Shown here piece after piece: positions 1 through 11,145 of a DNA stretch of 31,656 nucleotides. This DNA is from a virus (taxonomy: Duplodnaviria; Caudoviricetes): the IMG/VR virus record IMGVR_UViG_3300005805_000292, positions 1-31,656 of that record. One strand, 5' to 3'. Every line of letters begins with the position of its first letter. The stretch's first letter is position 1. The notes below the pieces were generated by a model, which saw only the letters and a program-made list of their open reading frames with translations, searched no databases and was not told where the DNA came from. The translations under genes and the position numbers were made by a program.

Positions 1-735
1 CCAACCGTTACAATTCAAGATTCAGTTGGAATTGGAACAACAATTCCAGTAAAAGCAACTGCGATTGCATCAATAACTTCAGGTATTGTAACTTCAATAA
101 TAATTTCAAATCCTGGTGTTGGATATACAATAGCAAATCCACCATTAGTATTAATTGAGTCTCCATCAGTTATTACAGAAACTAATGAGGTAAACTCTTA
201 TGAAGGTGATTTTGGTATTATTAGTGGAATATCCACAATATCAGTAGGTGTTGCCTCTACAGGATTAGTTTTTGACTTTGTAATAAGTGAAAACTCTGCT
301 CTGAGAGATTCTTCAATAACAGGATTTACTAGTGTTAGTGGAATTTCTACTGGATATTACTTCGTTATTAGTAATAGTAATGTTGGTTCTGGATTAACTT
401 CACTAGATTCAAATAATGAAATTGTTGGTGTTAGTACTCAATTTATTGATAATGTTTATCAAGTGGCATCAGTATCAATTGCTCAAACATCTACTGTTGG
501 ATTTGGTATCACATATGTAGCAAAAGTTGTTGTGAGCGTTTCTGATTACAATGGACTGAGTGGAATTGGTTATAGTTCTTATTATGGCGATTATAGTTGG
601 GGAAGAATAAGTCTTTCTTCAAGAAGTGAGTCTCAATCGTTTACAGCACAAACAAATAATGGATATATTGGATTGTCAACTGGTTCTTTAGTCAGCAGAG
701 AAATTCCTCTCAAATCTTCCAATTACATTTCATAA
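1..735 (+). CDS. g7: Baseplate wedge initiator gp7-like, C-terminal part (5' end truncated by the window)
   Basis: Frame 1 is open from base 1 (PTVTIQDSVGIGTT...ISNPGVGYT...GDYSWGRI) and in frame with ORF 463..735. It lies directly upstream of g8, as in T4-like cyanophages. Confidence 0.7.
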   Translation, partial: PTVTIQDSVGIGTTIPVKATAIASITSGIVTSIIISNPGVGYTIANPPLVLIESPSVITETNEVNSYEGDFGIISGISTISVGVASTGLVFDFVISENSALRDSSITGFTSVSGISTGYYFVISNSNVGSGLTSLDSNNEIVGVSTQFIDNVYQVASVSIAQTSTVGFGITYVAKVVVSVSDYNGLSGIGYSSYYGDYSWGRISLSSRSESQSFTAQTNNGYIGLSTGSLVSREIPLKSSNYIS

Positions 736-738
736 ATA
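732..738 (+). promoter_or_regulatory. T4-type late promoter box ATAAATA overlapping the g7 stop codon
   Basis: Matches the TATAAATA/ATAAATA late consensus, 18 nt upstream of the g8 ATG. Confidence 0.6.
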
Positions 739-756
739 GATAAAAAACTCTGTCAA

Positions 757-2307
757 ATGGCTGCTATTATAACTGATCAGATTAGAATATTAAATGCTAA
801 AAACTTTGTATCTGGAGTAACAACTTCTGGAAATAGTTATTATTCTTTTATTGGATTACCAAATGCGACTTCAATTTTATCGGACTGGGATGTAAATCCA
901 CCATCTCCAAGAGATAATTTTAATGAAGAAAATGACTATTGGGATACAATGATAGCTTTGAAAAAAGTATCATCAGAAGATATTAGACAGGTAGTTGTGA
1001 AGAGAACTTGGTCCTCTGGAACCACCTATGATATGTACAGACATGATTATAGTGGAACAAATCCAGCAAAGGTGTCTGGTTCAACAAGTCTTTACGGTGC
1101 TTCATATTATGTGATTAACAGAGATTATAGAGTTTATGTTTGCTTACAGAATGGAACAACTCCAGAAAATCCAAATGGAAGACCATCACTAGATGAACCA
1201 ACTTTTACTGACTTAGAACCAAGATCTGCGGGAAGTAGTGGGGATGGTTATATTTGGAAATACTTATATACTGTAAAACCAGCAGATATTGTTAAGTTTG
1301 AATCTACAGACTATATGCCAGTTCCTAGAGACTGGGAAAATAGTGCCGATAATGCTCCTGTTAGAAATAATGCTGTTGATGGCTCCATTAAGATTGTAAC
1401 TGTCACTAACAGAGGTGCTGGAATTGGCACAGCAAATAGAACATATACAAGAGTTCCGATTAAAGGTGATGGATTTGGAGCAGAGTGTACAATTGTTATT
1501 GATAATGATCAAAAGATTGAATCTATTATAGTTTCCAATCAGGGTTCAAATTATACTTATGGAAATGTTGATTTGGTAGCAGGAAATGTTCCAACAGGAT
1601 CAACGAGACCTCAATTTGATGTAATCATTTCACCAAAAGGAGGTCACGGATACGATATTTACAGAGAACTTGGAGCATACAATGTTCTAATGTATTCTAG
1701 AATTGAAAATGATACTCAAAACCCAGATTTTATTACTGGAAATCAAATTGCTAGAGTTGGAATAGTTGAAAACCCACAGTCTTTTGGATCATCCCAAGTC
1801 CTTGGGTTAGATAAAGCAAGTGCTGTTTATGCTATGAGATTGGTTGGTGCTGGATATAGTTCTGCTGTTTTTACTCCAGATTCAATAATCACTCAAACTG
1901 TTGGGTCGGGTATCACTGCTGCTGGAAAAGTTGTAAGTTATAATCAGACTACGGGTATTTTAAAGTACTGGCAAGATAGAACTCTTGCCGGATTTAATAC
2001 AGTGGGTACATCGCAAACCAATCCAACTTATGGATATGATCTAAGAGAATTTACAAGTAATCCCTCATCTGGAGGTTCAATTTTAGTTAATGGGGGAACG
2101 GTAACTCTATCCATTAGCACCACATTCAGTGGTATATCAACCTCAATAAATAATAGAACATACTACCTTGGTCAGGAGTTTGTTAATGGTTTGTCAAGTC
2201 CAGAAGTAAAAAAATACTCTGGCAATATTATTTACGTTGATAATAGACCCTCTATTACACGATCTTCAAACCAAAAAGAAGACATCAAAGTTATATTGCA
2301 GTTTTAA
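757..2307 (+). CDS. g8: Baseplate wedge subunit gp8
   Basis: 516 aa with gp8-type motifs YRVYVCLQNG, DGYIWKYLY, PKGGHG, GIVENP and C-terminal YSGNIIYVDNRPSITRSSNQKEDIKVILQF. Confidence 0.92.
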   Translation: MAAIITDQIRILNAKNFVSGVTTSGNSYYSFIGLPNATSILSDWDVNPPSPRDNFNEENDYWDTMIALKKVSSEDIRQVVVKRTWSSGTTYDMYRHDYSGTNPAKVSGSTSLYGASYYVINRDYRVYVCLQNGTTPENPNGRPSLDEPTFTDLEPRSAGSSGDGYIWKYLYTVKPADIVKFESTDYMPVPRDWENSADNAPVRNNAVDGSIKIVTVTNRGAGIGTANRTYTRVPIKGDGFGAECTIVIDNDQKIESIIVSNQGSNYTYGNVDLVAGNVPTGSTRPQFDVIISPKGGHGYDIYRELGAYNVLMYSRIENDTQNPDFITGNQIARVGIVENPQSFGSSQVLGLDKASAVYAMRLVGAGYSSAVFTPDSIITQTVGSGITAAGKVVSYNQTTGILKYWQDRTLAGFNTVGTSQTNPTYGYDLREFTSNPSSGGSILVNGGTVTLSISTTFSGISTSINNRTYYLGQEFVNGLSSPEVKKYSGNIIYVDNRPSITRSSNQKEDIKVILQF

Positions 2308-2313
2308 AGAATT

Positions 2314-5300
2314 ATGCCACAGCAAACTAACCTCAATGTTTCTCCATATTTTGATGACTTTGATGCCAATAATAACTATTATAGAGTCTTATTCAAACCA
2401 GGATATCCTGTACAAGCAAGAGAATTAACCACTCTCCAATCAATACTACAAAACCAAGTTGAAAAATTTGGTCAGCACTTTTTTAAAGAGGGTGCTAAAG
2501 TAATTCCAGGAAACACCACATATATTCAAAACTATAATGCTGTTATTTTAAGTAACACATTTTTGGGTGTGCCGATTGATGCTTATGTTGGTCAGTTAAT
2601 TGGCACTAGAATCACAGGTTTAACATCTGGAGTTACTGCTGTAGTTAATAATGTACTACTATCGTCAGAATCTGAAAGAGGTTTTACCACTCTTTATGTA
2701 AACTATCTCTCTTCAAGTAGTCAAAATAACTCAACATCTCAGTTTTTGGATGGAGAAAGTCTTTTTGCTGATATTGATATTTTGTCAGGTCTATTAGGAA
2801 ATTCAACGATTCCTTCTGGAGAACCATTTGCAGCAACAGTTGCCAATGGATCAAGTGCCCTAGGATCTTCATTTGGAATTTCAAATGGCGTTTACTTTAT
2901 TAGAGGTCAGTTTGTAAATGTAGAGGATGAGATACTAATTCTTGACCAGTATAACAATAGACCAAATTATAGAGTTGGTCTATTTGTAAATGAGGAGATT
3001 GTCAACTCCGATATTGATGAATCTCTAAACGATAATTCCCAAGGGTTTAATAATTACGCTGCTCCAGGAGCAGATAGATTAAGAATAACAGTATCTCTAT
3101 TCAAGAAAAACTTAGATGACTTTAATGATGCCAACTTTGTTGAGTTATCCACAATTAGAGATGGTGAACTTAGATCTATTGTAGAAAACACCGAATACTC
3201 TATAATTGCTGACGAATTTGCTAGGAGAACATATCAAGAATCCGGAGATTACTACATTTCTCCTTTTAAAATTTCATCAAAGGAATCTTTAAATGATGGA
3301 GTTGGAAATCAAGGTATTTTTAACCCAGGACAATTAACTTATAATGGTTCAGTTCCGAGCGATGATCTTGGGATCTATGAAATTGGTCCGGGTAAGGCAA
3401 TGGTGAGAGGTTATGAGGTAGAAACTATCTCATCAACGTTCCTAGATTTTCCAAAACCGAGAACTACAAAAACTTTAACAGAACAATCAATTGAGTATAA
3501 TACTGGATCAACTTTTGTTTTAAACAGATTGTTTGGTTCTCCAATAATTGGAATTGGCAATACTTATACAGTAAGTTTAAGAGATTCTAGAGTTGGATCT
3601 ACCAGAAACGCTGCAAGAAAAGTTGGTTTAGCACAAACATTTGCACCTGGAAAAGAAATTGGTGTAGCTAGAGTTTATGATTTTAGGTTAGAATCTGGTT
3701 CATATGATTCCGAAATCCCAGACCTAAACAGATGGAATATTTCTTTATATGACATTCAAACAACTACAGAAATATCTCTTAACGAACCAATAACTTTAAC
3801 TGCTCCAGTTTTTATCAAAGGAAAAAACAGTGGAGCAACTGCTTTCCTTAAGGATTCTGTTTCTGCAGGGACAGCATTGACAGTTTATGAAAAATCGGGA
3901 GATTTTATTTTAAACGAATCTTTTTATTTTGATGGTATTCAAGATGGTAGAGTTGCCGTAGCTATAACAAACTATGGAATATCTGATATTAAATCAATAT
4001 ATGGAGTTGTTGGATCTGCAAGTACCTTTAGTGCCGATATTCTACAATCAACAGGAACATTTATAGGACTTGCTACAATAACACAATCTTCTTATTATAA
4101 TAATGAATTTTTCTTAAGTTCAGCATTGACTCAAACCGTTGACGTAGGATCCACTGTATTTTTTGTTAATAATACATCTGATGTTTCTGTTGGTAGTTCT
4201 GTAAGTATTGGCACTGTAATCACGAATGCTCCTATCGTTTCAGTTGGAGCAACAACCATCACTATTGGATCTGGATCAACTGTTGGTGGAACATCTTTAC
4301 CATATTCAACCAGTGGTGTAACAGCATCAAATACCATTGGTGTAGGATCGAGCACTATTTTCTTGTCATCCATACCATCTAGTGTTGTTGGTTCTTATGG
4401 CTTATCACAGACCAGAATTACAATAGGTTCTACAAGCGAATTGGTAAATGCTCCTATTGTTTCTGTTGGAAACACATCTGTTCTAATTGGATCGGCATCA
4501 ACTTCAGCAGTAAGTATTCCTGTTGGAAGTGCCGTTACCTTTAGCAATGTTTCTCGAACAGTTTCTGGAAATGTAGTAAATTATAGCGATCCTGTTTTTG
4601 CAAGTAGAGTTGTATCACCAAACACACTATTCCCAGGATCAATTGTTAAAAAGGGAAATCTAGTTTCTTATACAACAACAACACTCCCCGATCCATTCTT
4701 TGGAAAAGTAGTGTCAATTGGCAGTTCTCATATTGATATTGTTGGAGTGTCCACTGTTGCTAACATTTGCGATGGAAAACTCCCAATAACACTAACGGAG
4801 GTAAGTGATTTTAGAATTCTAACAACAAGATTAGAAGATTCTAACGATAATACCTTATATACTGCACTTCCAAAGTTTAATGTATCTAATGTAGATTTAA
4901 CTGATGCTTCCCTAATTATAAAGAAAACATATACTGTAAATATTGTTGATAACCAGTTATCTTCCATAATAACTGCTGACACCAATGAATCTTTCTTGCC
5001 GTTTGATGAAGAAAGATATACTCTAGTTAGATCGGATGGACAAACTGAAGTTCTAACATCTGATAGATTTGCATTAACTAATGGATCAAAAGAACTTCAG
5101 ATTTACAATTTGAGTTCAAATGATACTGGAGCGACTCTGGTTGCTACTCTCAGAAAAGTAAAACCAAAAGCAAAAGTAAAGTTAAAAAATAGAGTAAACT
5201 CAATCATTATAGATAAGTCTTCAATTTCCTCTTCTGGTATTGGAGCAACAACTTTAAATGATGGACTATCATATGGAAACTACCCATATGGAACCAGAGT

Positions 5301-8300
5301 ACAGGATGATATTATCTCCATAAACAATTCAGATATTATTGAAGTGTTGGGTGTATATGAAGCATCAAAACCAAATATACAACCATTAGCGCCAACAGTA
5401 ATACTTTCCTCAATTAGTGGTCCTTCAAGTAAGACAAGTGACCTAATAATTGGTGAGAGATTTGTTGGGCAATCTTCAGGTGCTGTTGCTATTGTTGCTG
5501 AAAGAATAAATGATTCTAAAATATCATATATTTCTCAAAATGATATTAAATTAAGAGAGGGTGAGTCTGTTATCTTTGAAGAGTCAAATGTTCAGTCTGT
5601 AGTTGCAACAATTCAAAGTACTAGTTTTAATATTTCAGACAATTTTACCTTTACTAATGGTCAAACTGGGTCGTTCTATGATTATGGAACTCTTGTAAGA
5701 AAGTCCGGAGTCGCATCTCCAACTCACAAAGTAAAAGTATACTTCTCAAATGGTTATTATGAATCTACAGATGATGGAGATATTACTACCGCAAATTCAT
5801 ATAATACATTTGATTACTCCAAAGATATTCAGTCTATTAACAACATAAGAAATACTGATATTATTGATATTCGTCCTAAGGTTAGTGTTTATTCAGTATC
5901 CGAAGGGTCAAGATCTCCTCTTGAGTTCTACGGAAGAGACTTTAGTGGTTCTGGAAATAGTGCTGCTAATATTTTGGCTTCGGATGAAACAATATTAACA
6001 AGTTTCTCATTCTATCTTCCAAGGGTTGATAGAATATTCTTATCAAAAGACGGAAACTTCCAAATAAAATATGGAACACCTTCCGAAAAACCAGAAAGAC
6101 CGGTCGTAGTTGATGATGCCATTGAAATAGCAACGGCTTTCCTTCCAGCATACCTTTATAATGTAAGAGATATTAGTTTTAATTTCCTCCAGTATAAGAG
6201 ATATCAAATGAAGGATATCAAAAAACTGGAAGATAGAATTAAAAATTTAGAATATTATACGGCATTGTCACTATTAGAAACCGATACATCAAATCTCTTT
6301 ATTCCCGACTCTGAAGGACTTAACAGATTTAAATCAGGTTTCTTTGTTGATAACTTCTCTACCCTCACTCCACAGGAAGAAAAAGTTTTTCCAAAAAATA
6401 GTATTGATTTAAACAATAAAGAATTGAGACCTCAACACTATACAACATCTATTGATTTGCAACCATATTCTTCAATTGTATTGGGTGAAGATCCATCAGT
6501 TGTAAGACCAACTGGGATCAATATTAGAAGAAATGAAGATATAGTTACTCTTGACTATGGTGAAACTGAGTGGTTAAGACAACCCTTTGGAACTAGATCT
6601 GAGAGTGTAACTCCATTCCTGATTAGTTTCTGGGAAGGAACACTTGATCTAACTCCATCATCAGATACTTGGGTTGATACGGTAAGAATTGAAGCAACAA
6701 TTATAAGACAAGAAGGTGATTTTGCGGAAACCGTTTCTAGACTATCAAGAACCCTAAACCTCGATCCACAAACCGGATTCTCTCCTATTTTATGGAATTC
6801 TTGGCAGACTATTTGGACTGGAGCGGGGCAACAAGCTTCAACGGCACCAAAACCAAATGATTTACCAAGATTCTCAACAGCAAGAGTTGTAGAAAGTAGA
6901 AGAACTGGAACGAGAACATTAGTTTCTGAGCAGTTTGACACCACTTCTCTTGGAGATAGAGTTGTTAGTAGAGATCTCTCACCATTTATGAGATCTAGAA
7001 ATGTTACATTCAACTCTAAGAGATTAAAACCATTAACTCAAATTTATGCTTTCTTTGACGGTAGAGATGTAACTAGATTCTGTGTTCCAAAACTACTAGA
7101 AATCGCTATGATTTCTGGATCTTTCCAAACTGGAGAAACTGTAGTTGGTTCAACAAGACCAATTGGATTGGACTTGGGTGGAGAGAACTGGAATGAGTGG
7201 TCTCCAAGTATAACTTTTAGAGTTGCTCAATCAAATCATAGAGAAGGACCTTACTATTCTCCAACATCAACATACTCAGTTAATCCATATGATAATAGCA
7301 TTGTCCAAAGTTCATATTCATCAACATCATCTATTTTAAATGTTGATTTGTATTCACTATCAAATCAAGTAAATGGTGAATTTAGTGGTTGGGTTGAAAC
7401 TAATATGATTCTAGTGGGTCAAACCAGTGGTGCTCAGGCAACAATAACAAATGTAAGACTTGTTACAGATATTACATCTAATCTGCAAGGTAGTTTTTAT
7501 ATCCCAAATCCAAATGTATCTGGATTCCCAAGATTTGAAACTGGATTGAAATCATTCAGACTTATTGATAGTTCTTTAAATGATATCAACACCTCAGTAA
7601 CAGTAGCGGAAGAAGGATTTACATCTCAAGGAAATATTGAAACAGTCCAGGAGAGTATTCTATCAGTAAGAAATGCTAGAATTCAAACTCAATCATTTAC
7701 TCAATCTGCACCAGATTTGAGACAGTTTATTGAGAGAGGAAATCCAACTATCCAGGATACAAATCCATTTAATGATAATTTTGGTCTAATAGCACTTGGT
7801 AATGCAAGAGCAGGGGCAGCTGCTGGATTAACAAATCAAGAAATCATTGATGTTGGGATATCTCAACAATTAGGATTTACTTCTGCTTTTAGAAGACAGT
7901 TTGGTTCCAATCTCCCATATAATTTTAATGGAAGAGATCCTCTAGCTCAAACTTTCTCAGTCACTGAAGCAACAGGTGTCTTTATAACAAGATGTGAGGT
8001 TTACTTCCGAACAATAGATGACACAGATATTCCCGTAACCTTACAAATAAGAACTGTGGATCTTGGTGTTCCCACACAAAGAGTTCTTCCATTCTCTGAA
8101 ATTGTTATTAATCCATCAGAAATTAGTGTTTCTGGAGATGGATCCGTATCAACATCATTTGTCTTCAAAGCTCCTGTTTATCTTGAAGGTGGAAAGGATT
8201 ATGCTATCGTTTTACTATCAAATTCAACAAAATATTCAGTTTATATTTCAAGAGTTGGTGAAAATGATCTGATTACTCAGGAATTTATTTCAAATCAACC

Positions 8301-10365
8301 ATATCTAGGATCACTATTCAAATCTCAAAATGGTTCAACTTGGGACGCTAGCCAGTGGGAAGATCTTAAGTTTGTTTTACATAGAGCAGACTTTATTGAT
8401 AGTGGTACTTTAGAATATTATAATCCACCACTTGCAGGAGGAAATGGTCAAGTTCCATTCCTGACGACAAATCCACTTGACTTAAGTTCTAGAAAAGTTA
8501 GGGTTCAGTTAGACACTTCACTACTAGATTCGGATTTAGAATTAGGAAATACTGTATTACAAGATGGTTCTAATGCTACAGGAAATTATATTGGTGGTGC
8601 TGGTGTAGCAGGAACAACATTATCTATTATAAATGCTGGAATTGGATATACTCCATCCATTGATATGGGTGGTTCATATACTTACTCCGGAGTGTCACTA
8701 CAAACGATTACTGGTAGTGGATCTGGAGCTCTAGCAAATGTAACAATTACAGGTGGAGTAGCAGTAGCAGCAACAATAACAAGTGGTGGAAATGGATACA
8801 AGACTGGAGATGTTGTTGGCATTAACTCTCTTGGTTCATTCTCAACGGGAACAAATGCTAGGTTCTCTATAGTCTCAATTGCTAGCACAAATGAACTAAT
8901 ACTTGACAATGTTCAGGGAGACTTTGTTACAGGAGTTGGAAATACTGTTAAGTTTATCAATAGTCTAGGAATAACAACAACTCTTAACTCTACAGTTGGT
9001 GGTGGTGTTGATATTTCAAGCATTTCCGTGGTCACTGATGGTCTCCATATTAAGGTTAATCACAAAAACCACGGAATGTATTTTGATAATAATATTGTTT
9101 CCATTCGAGGTGTTCAATCTGACGTTCCACCAACAAAACTAACTGCACCATATACAACCGATTCTACTGGTCCTATTTCAGTTGAGAATATTGCCGACTT
9201 TGGTACTTTTGAAAATATTGGAATTGGAACTACAAATGTTGGATACGTTTTAATTGGTGATGAAGTAATATCCTATACTTCAACTTCAACTGGTCAAATT
9301 GGAGGAAATATTGTTAGAGCAGTATCTGGTAATGCTAGAAATTATCCAACAGGAACTCCAGTTTATAAGTATGAATTGAGTGGTGTTTCTCTACTTAGAG
9401 TTAATGCAAATCACAATTTAAATAATGTAACACTTACAAATCCAAATGACTTTGATTCATATAACATTAAGATTGATACCTCAGGAACATACGGTGTAGA
9501 TAGGTCTGTAGGAACTAGTTTCCCCAAACTTTATATCAATCAAACCAAAACTGCAGGTGGAAAGAATGTAAGAGCATCCCAGAATATTCCATATGAAATC
9601 ATAACTCCGATGATTCAAAATATGACTGTAAGAGGGACATCAATTAGTGGACAAATTAGAACAGTATCTGGAAAGAGTATTGATGGGAATGAAATTCCAT
9701 ACACTGACCAGGGATTTGAAACTATATCTCTAAATGAAACAAATTATCTGGATAGCCCAAGACTGATTGCCTCATCCATAAATGAATCAACATATCTTAA
9801 TTCTTTACCGGGCAACAAGTCATTCAATATGAGAGTTCTATTGAGCACCTCAGACTCCAGAATAAGTCCTGTTGTTGATCTTCAGAGATCAAATATTATA
9901 TTAACCTCCAATAGAATTAATAATCCAATTGCCGATTATGTTACAGATAGCAGAGTAAACTCTATTTCAGATGATCCAAATGCCTTCCAGTATATTTCAA
10001 AAGAAAATATACTAACAACCCCAGCATCATCAATACAAGTGATCTTGGATGCTTATATTAATACATTTGCGGACATTAGAGTTTTCTATGCAATAGACAC
10101 TAAAGAGAATTTGGACCCAATATTTGTTCCATTCCCAGGATGGGATAAAATTAATACATCAAATAATAGTGGTCGCCCAGATAAGTATGTTTCTCCAACA
10201 TCTTATCTTGGATTTGAATCAAATGAACTTTCATTCAGTGAGCATAAGTTTACTGTTGATAATTTGCCAAGTTTTAAAACTTATAGAATAAAAGTTGTTA
10301 TGTCTTCAACGAATCAGGTTTATCCTCCAAGATTTAAGAATCTAAGAGTTATTGCACTTGCTTGA
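2314..10365 (+). CDS. vrlC: VrlC-like (DUF4815-type) large baseplate/tail structural protein
   Basis: 2683 aa. N-terminus PYFDDFD...YRVLFKPGYPVQARELTTLQSILQNQ, APGADRL, RLKNLEYY-like RIKNLEYYTALSLLE, RFKSGFFVDNF, DPLAQTF and GSLFKSQN. Follows g8. Confidence 0.85.
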   Translation: MPQQTNLNVSPYFDDFDANNNYYRVLFKPGYPVQARELTTLQSILQNQVEKFGQHFFKEGAKVIPGNTTYIQNYNAVILSNTFLGVPIDAYVGQLIGTRITGLTSGVTAVVNNVLLSSESERGFTTLYVNYLSSSSQNNSTSQFLDGESLFADIDILSGLLGNSTIPSGEPFAATVANGSSALGSSFGISNGVYFIRGQFVNVEDEILILDQYNNRPNYRVGLFVNEEIVNSDIDESLNDNSQGFNNYAAPGADRLRITVSLFKKNLDDFNDANFVELSTIRDGELRSIVENTEYSIIADEFARRTYQESGDYYISPFKISSKESLNDGVGNQGIFNPGQLTYNGSVPSDDLGIYEIGPGKAMVRGYEVETISSTFLDFPKPRTTKTLTEQSIEYNTGSTFVLNRLFGSPIIGIGNTYTVSLRDSRVGSTRNAARKVGLAQTFAPGKEIGVARVYDFRLESGSYDSEIPDLNRWNISLYDIQTTTEISLNEPITLTAPVFIKGKNSGATAFLKDSVSAGTALTVYEKSGDFILNESFYFDGIQDGRVAVAITNYGISDIKSIYGVVGSASTFSADILQSTGTFIGLATITQSSYYNNEFFLSSALTQTVDVGSTVFFVNNTSDVSVGSSVSIGTVITNAPIVSVGATTITIGSGSTVGGTSLPYSTSGVTASNTIGVGSSTIFLSSIPSSVVGSYGLSQTRITIGSTSELVNAPIVSVGNTSVLIGSASTSAVSIPVGSAVTFSNVSRTVSGNVVNYSDPVFASRVVSPNTLFPGSIVKKGNLVSYTTTTLPDPFFGKVVSIGSSHIDIVGVSTVANICDGKLPITLTEVSDFRILTTRLEDSNDNTLYTALPKFNVSNVDLTDASLIIKKTYTVNIVDNQLSSIITADTNESFLPFDEERYTLVRSDGQTEVLTSDRFALTNGSKELQIYNLSSNDTGATLVATLRKVKPKAKVKLKNRVNSIIIDKSSISSSGIGATTLNDGLSYGNYPYGTRVQDDIISINNSDIIEVLGVYEASKPNIQPLAPTVILSSISGPSSKTSDLIIGERFVGQSSGAVAIVAERINDSKISYISQNDIKLREGESVIFEESNVQSVVATIQSTSFNISDNFTFTNGQTGSFYDYGTLVRKSGVASPTHKVKVYFSNGYYESTDDGDITTANSYNTFDYSKDIQSINNIRNTDIIDIRPKVSVYSVSEGSRSPLEFYGRDFSGSGNSAANILASDETILTSFSFYLPRVDRIFLSKDGNFQIKYGTPSEKPERPVVVDDAIEIATAFLPAYLYNVRDISFNFLQYKRYQMKDIKKLEDRIKNLEYYTALSLLETDTSNLFIPDSEGLNRFKSGFFVDNFSTLTPQEEKVFPKNSIDLNNKELRPQHYTTSIDLQPYSSIVLGEDPSVVRPTGINIRRNEDIVTLDYGETEWLRQPFGTRSESVTPFLISFWEGTLDLTPSSDTWVDTVRIEATIIRQEGDFAETVSRLSRTLNLDPQTGFSPILWNSWQTIWTGAGQQASTAPKPNDLPRFSTARVVESRRTGTRTLVSEQFDTTSLGDRVVSRDLSPFMRSRNVTFNSKRLKPLTQIYAFFDGRDVTRFCVPKLLEIAMISGSFQTGETVVGSTRPIGLDLGGENWNEWSPSITFRVAQSNHREGPYYSPTSTYSVNPYDNSIVQSSYSSTSSILNVDLYSLSNQVNGEFSGWVETNMILVGQTSGAQATITNVRLVTDITSNLQGSFYIPNPNVSGFPRFETGLKSFRLIDSSLNDINTSVTVAEEGFTSQGNIETVQESILSVRNARIQTQSFTQSAPDLRQFIERGNPTIQDTNPFNDNFGLIALGNARAGAAAGLTNQEIIDVGISQQLGFTSAFRRQFGSNLPYNFNGRDPLAQTFSVTEATGVFITRCEVYFRTIDDTDIPVTLQIRTVDLGVPTQRVLPFSEIVINPSEISVSGDGSVSTSFVFKAPVYLEGGKDYAIVLLSNSTKYSVYISRVGENDLITQEFISNQPYLGSLFKSQNGSTWDASQWEDLKFVLHRADFIDSGTLEYYNPPLAGGNGQVPFLTTNPLDLSSRKVRVQLDTSLLDSDLELGNTVLQDGSNATGNYIGGAGVAGTTLSIINAGIGYTPSIDMGGSYTYSGVSLQTITGSGSGALANVTITGGVAVAATITSGGNGYKTGDVVGINSLGSFSTGTNARFSIVSIASTNELILDNVQGDFVTGVGNTVKFINSLGITTTLNSTVGGGVDISSISVVTDGLHIKVNHKNHGMYFDNNIVSIRGVQSDVPPTKLTAPYTTDSTGPISVENIADFGTFENIGIGTTNVGYVLIGDEVISYTSTSTGQIGGNIVRAVSGNARNYPTGTPVYKYELSGVSLLRVNANHNLNNVTLTNPNDFDSYNIKIDTSGTYGVDRSVGTSFPKLYINQTKTAGGKNVRASQNIPYEIITPMIQNMTVRGTSISGQIRTVSGKSIDGNEIPYTDQGFETISLNETNYLDSPRLIASSINESTYLNSLPGNKSFNMRVLLSTSDSRISPVVDLQRSNIILTSNRINNPIADYVTDSRVNSISDDPNAFQYISKENILTTPASSIQVILDAYINTFADIRVFYAIDTKENLDPIFVPFPGWDKINTSNNSGRPDKYVSPTSYLGFESNELSFSEHKFTVDNLPSFKTYRIKVVMSSTNQVYPPRFKNLRVIALA

Positions 10366-10372
10366 TAATATT

Positions 10373-10600
10373 ATGGAATACTCTAATATAGAGGGATATT
10401 CTCACCTTAAAAGAGATTCAAGAACAAACTCCATCATCAATACTAATATGACAGAATATAATGAGTACTTGGCAAGAAAAAAAATCAAAAGTGAAGAGAA
10501 TCAAAAAATACAAAATATGGAGAAAGATCTTGCTAATATAAAAGGAGATCTTGATGAGATTAAAAATTTACTAAGAGGATTTATAAATGAACCCAGATGA
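10373..10600 (+). CDS. Small conserved phage protein with C-terminal coiled coil
   Basis: ATG at 10373 just after the vrlC stop; IEGYSHLKRDSRTNSIINTN followed by a heptad-like tail. Confidence 0.75.
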   Translation: MEYSNIEGYSHLKRDSRTNSIINTNMTEYNEYLARKKIKSEENQKIQNMEKDLANIKGDLDEIKNLLRGFINEPR

Positions 10601-10769
10601 TATAAATTTAGATAATTTAACTAAAAATTTTGAATATTTTAAACACTCAAATGAAATAGATAGTATTGATGAGGTTGATCAGTTAAAAAATATTGCCAAA
10701 TGTTATTATAAGTTATATCTAAAACAACAAGAAGTAATTTTAAATTTAGGAATTACAAATGACAACTAG
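10587..10769 (+). CDS. Hypothetical protein, 60 aa
   Basis: GAGGA Shine-Dalgarno upstream; overlaps both neighbours, consistent with operon packing. Confidence 0.65.
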   Translation: MNPDDINLDNLTKNFEYFKHSNEIDSIDEVDQLKNIAKCYYKLYLKQQEVILNLGITNDN

Positions 10770-11145
10770 AAAAATAACATTTGATCCAGACTCAGGAACT
10801 CCATATGGCACAAATCTAACCATTAACACTGGAGCAACCTTTAATGCAAATTTTAATGTAGTAAACACATCAAATTCTGCTTTCAACTTTGAAGGTTGGA
10901 CAGGATCATCTCAAATGGCAAAAAGTGTTTCCATTGGGTCATCCTCATATGCAGTTGCTACTTTTAATGTTGGGTTCACTAGTGCTGCTGGAGGAAAATT
11001 TAGCATTTCTTTGAATAGTGAAAGTACTAGATCCTTGGTTGAGGGTAGATATGTTTACGATATTCTTGTAAGTTCTGGATCTACTGTGTATAGAATAGTT
11101 GATGGAAACATAATGGTAAAACCAGGAATATCTTCAGCACTATAA
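10759..11145 (+). CDS. Small Ig-like/beta-sandwich virion protein
   Basis: 128 aa, beta-strand rich, motif LVEGRYVYDILV...RIVDGNIMVKPG; AGGA Shine-Dalgarno. Confidence 0.7.
   Translation: MTTRKITFDPDSGTPYGTNLTINTGATFNANFNVVNTSNSAFNFEGWTGSSQMAKSVSIGSSSYAVATFNVGFTSAAGGKFSISLNSESTRSLVEGRYVYDILVSSGSTVYRIVDGNIMVKPGISSAL

Noticed and set aside
2146-2152. Intragenic ATAAATA boxes (also at 14962 and about 25270)
   Set aside because: They could be internal late promoters but are expected by chance in AT-rich coding DNA, so they cannot be supported without transcript data.
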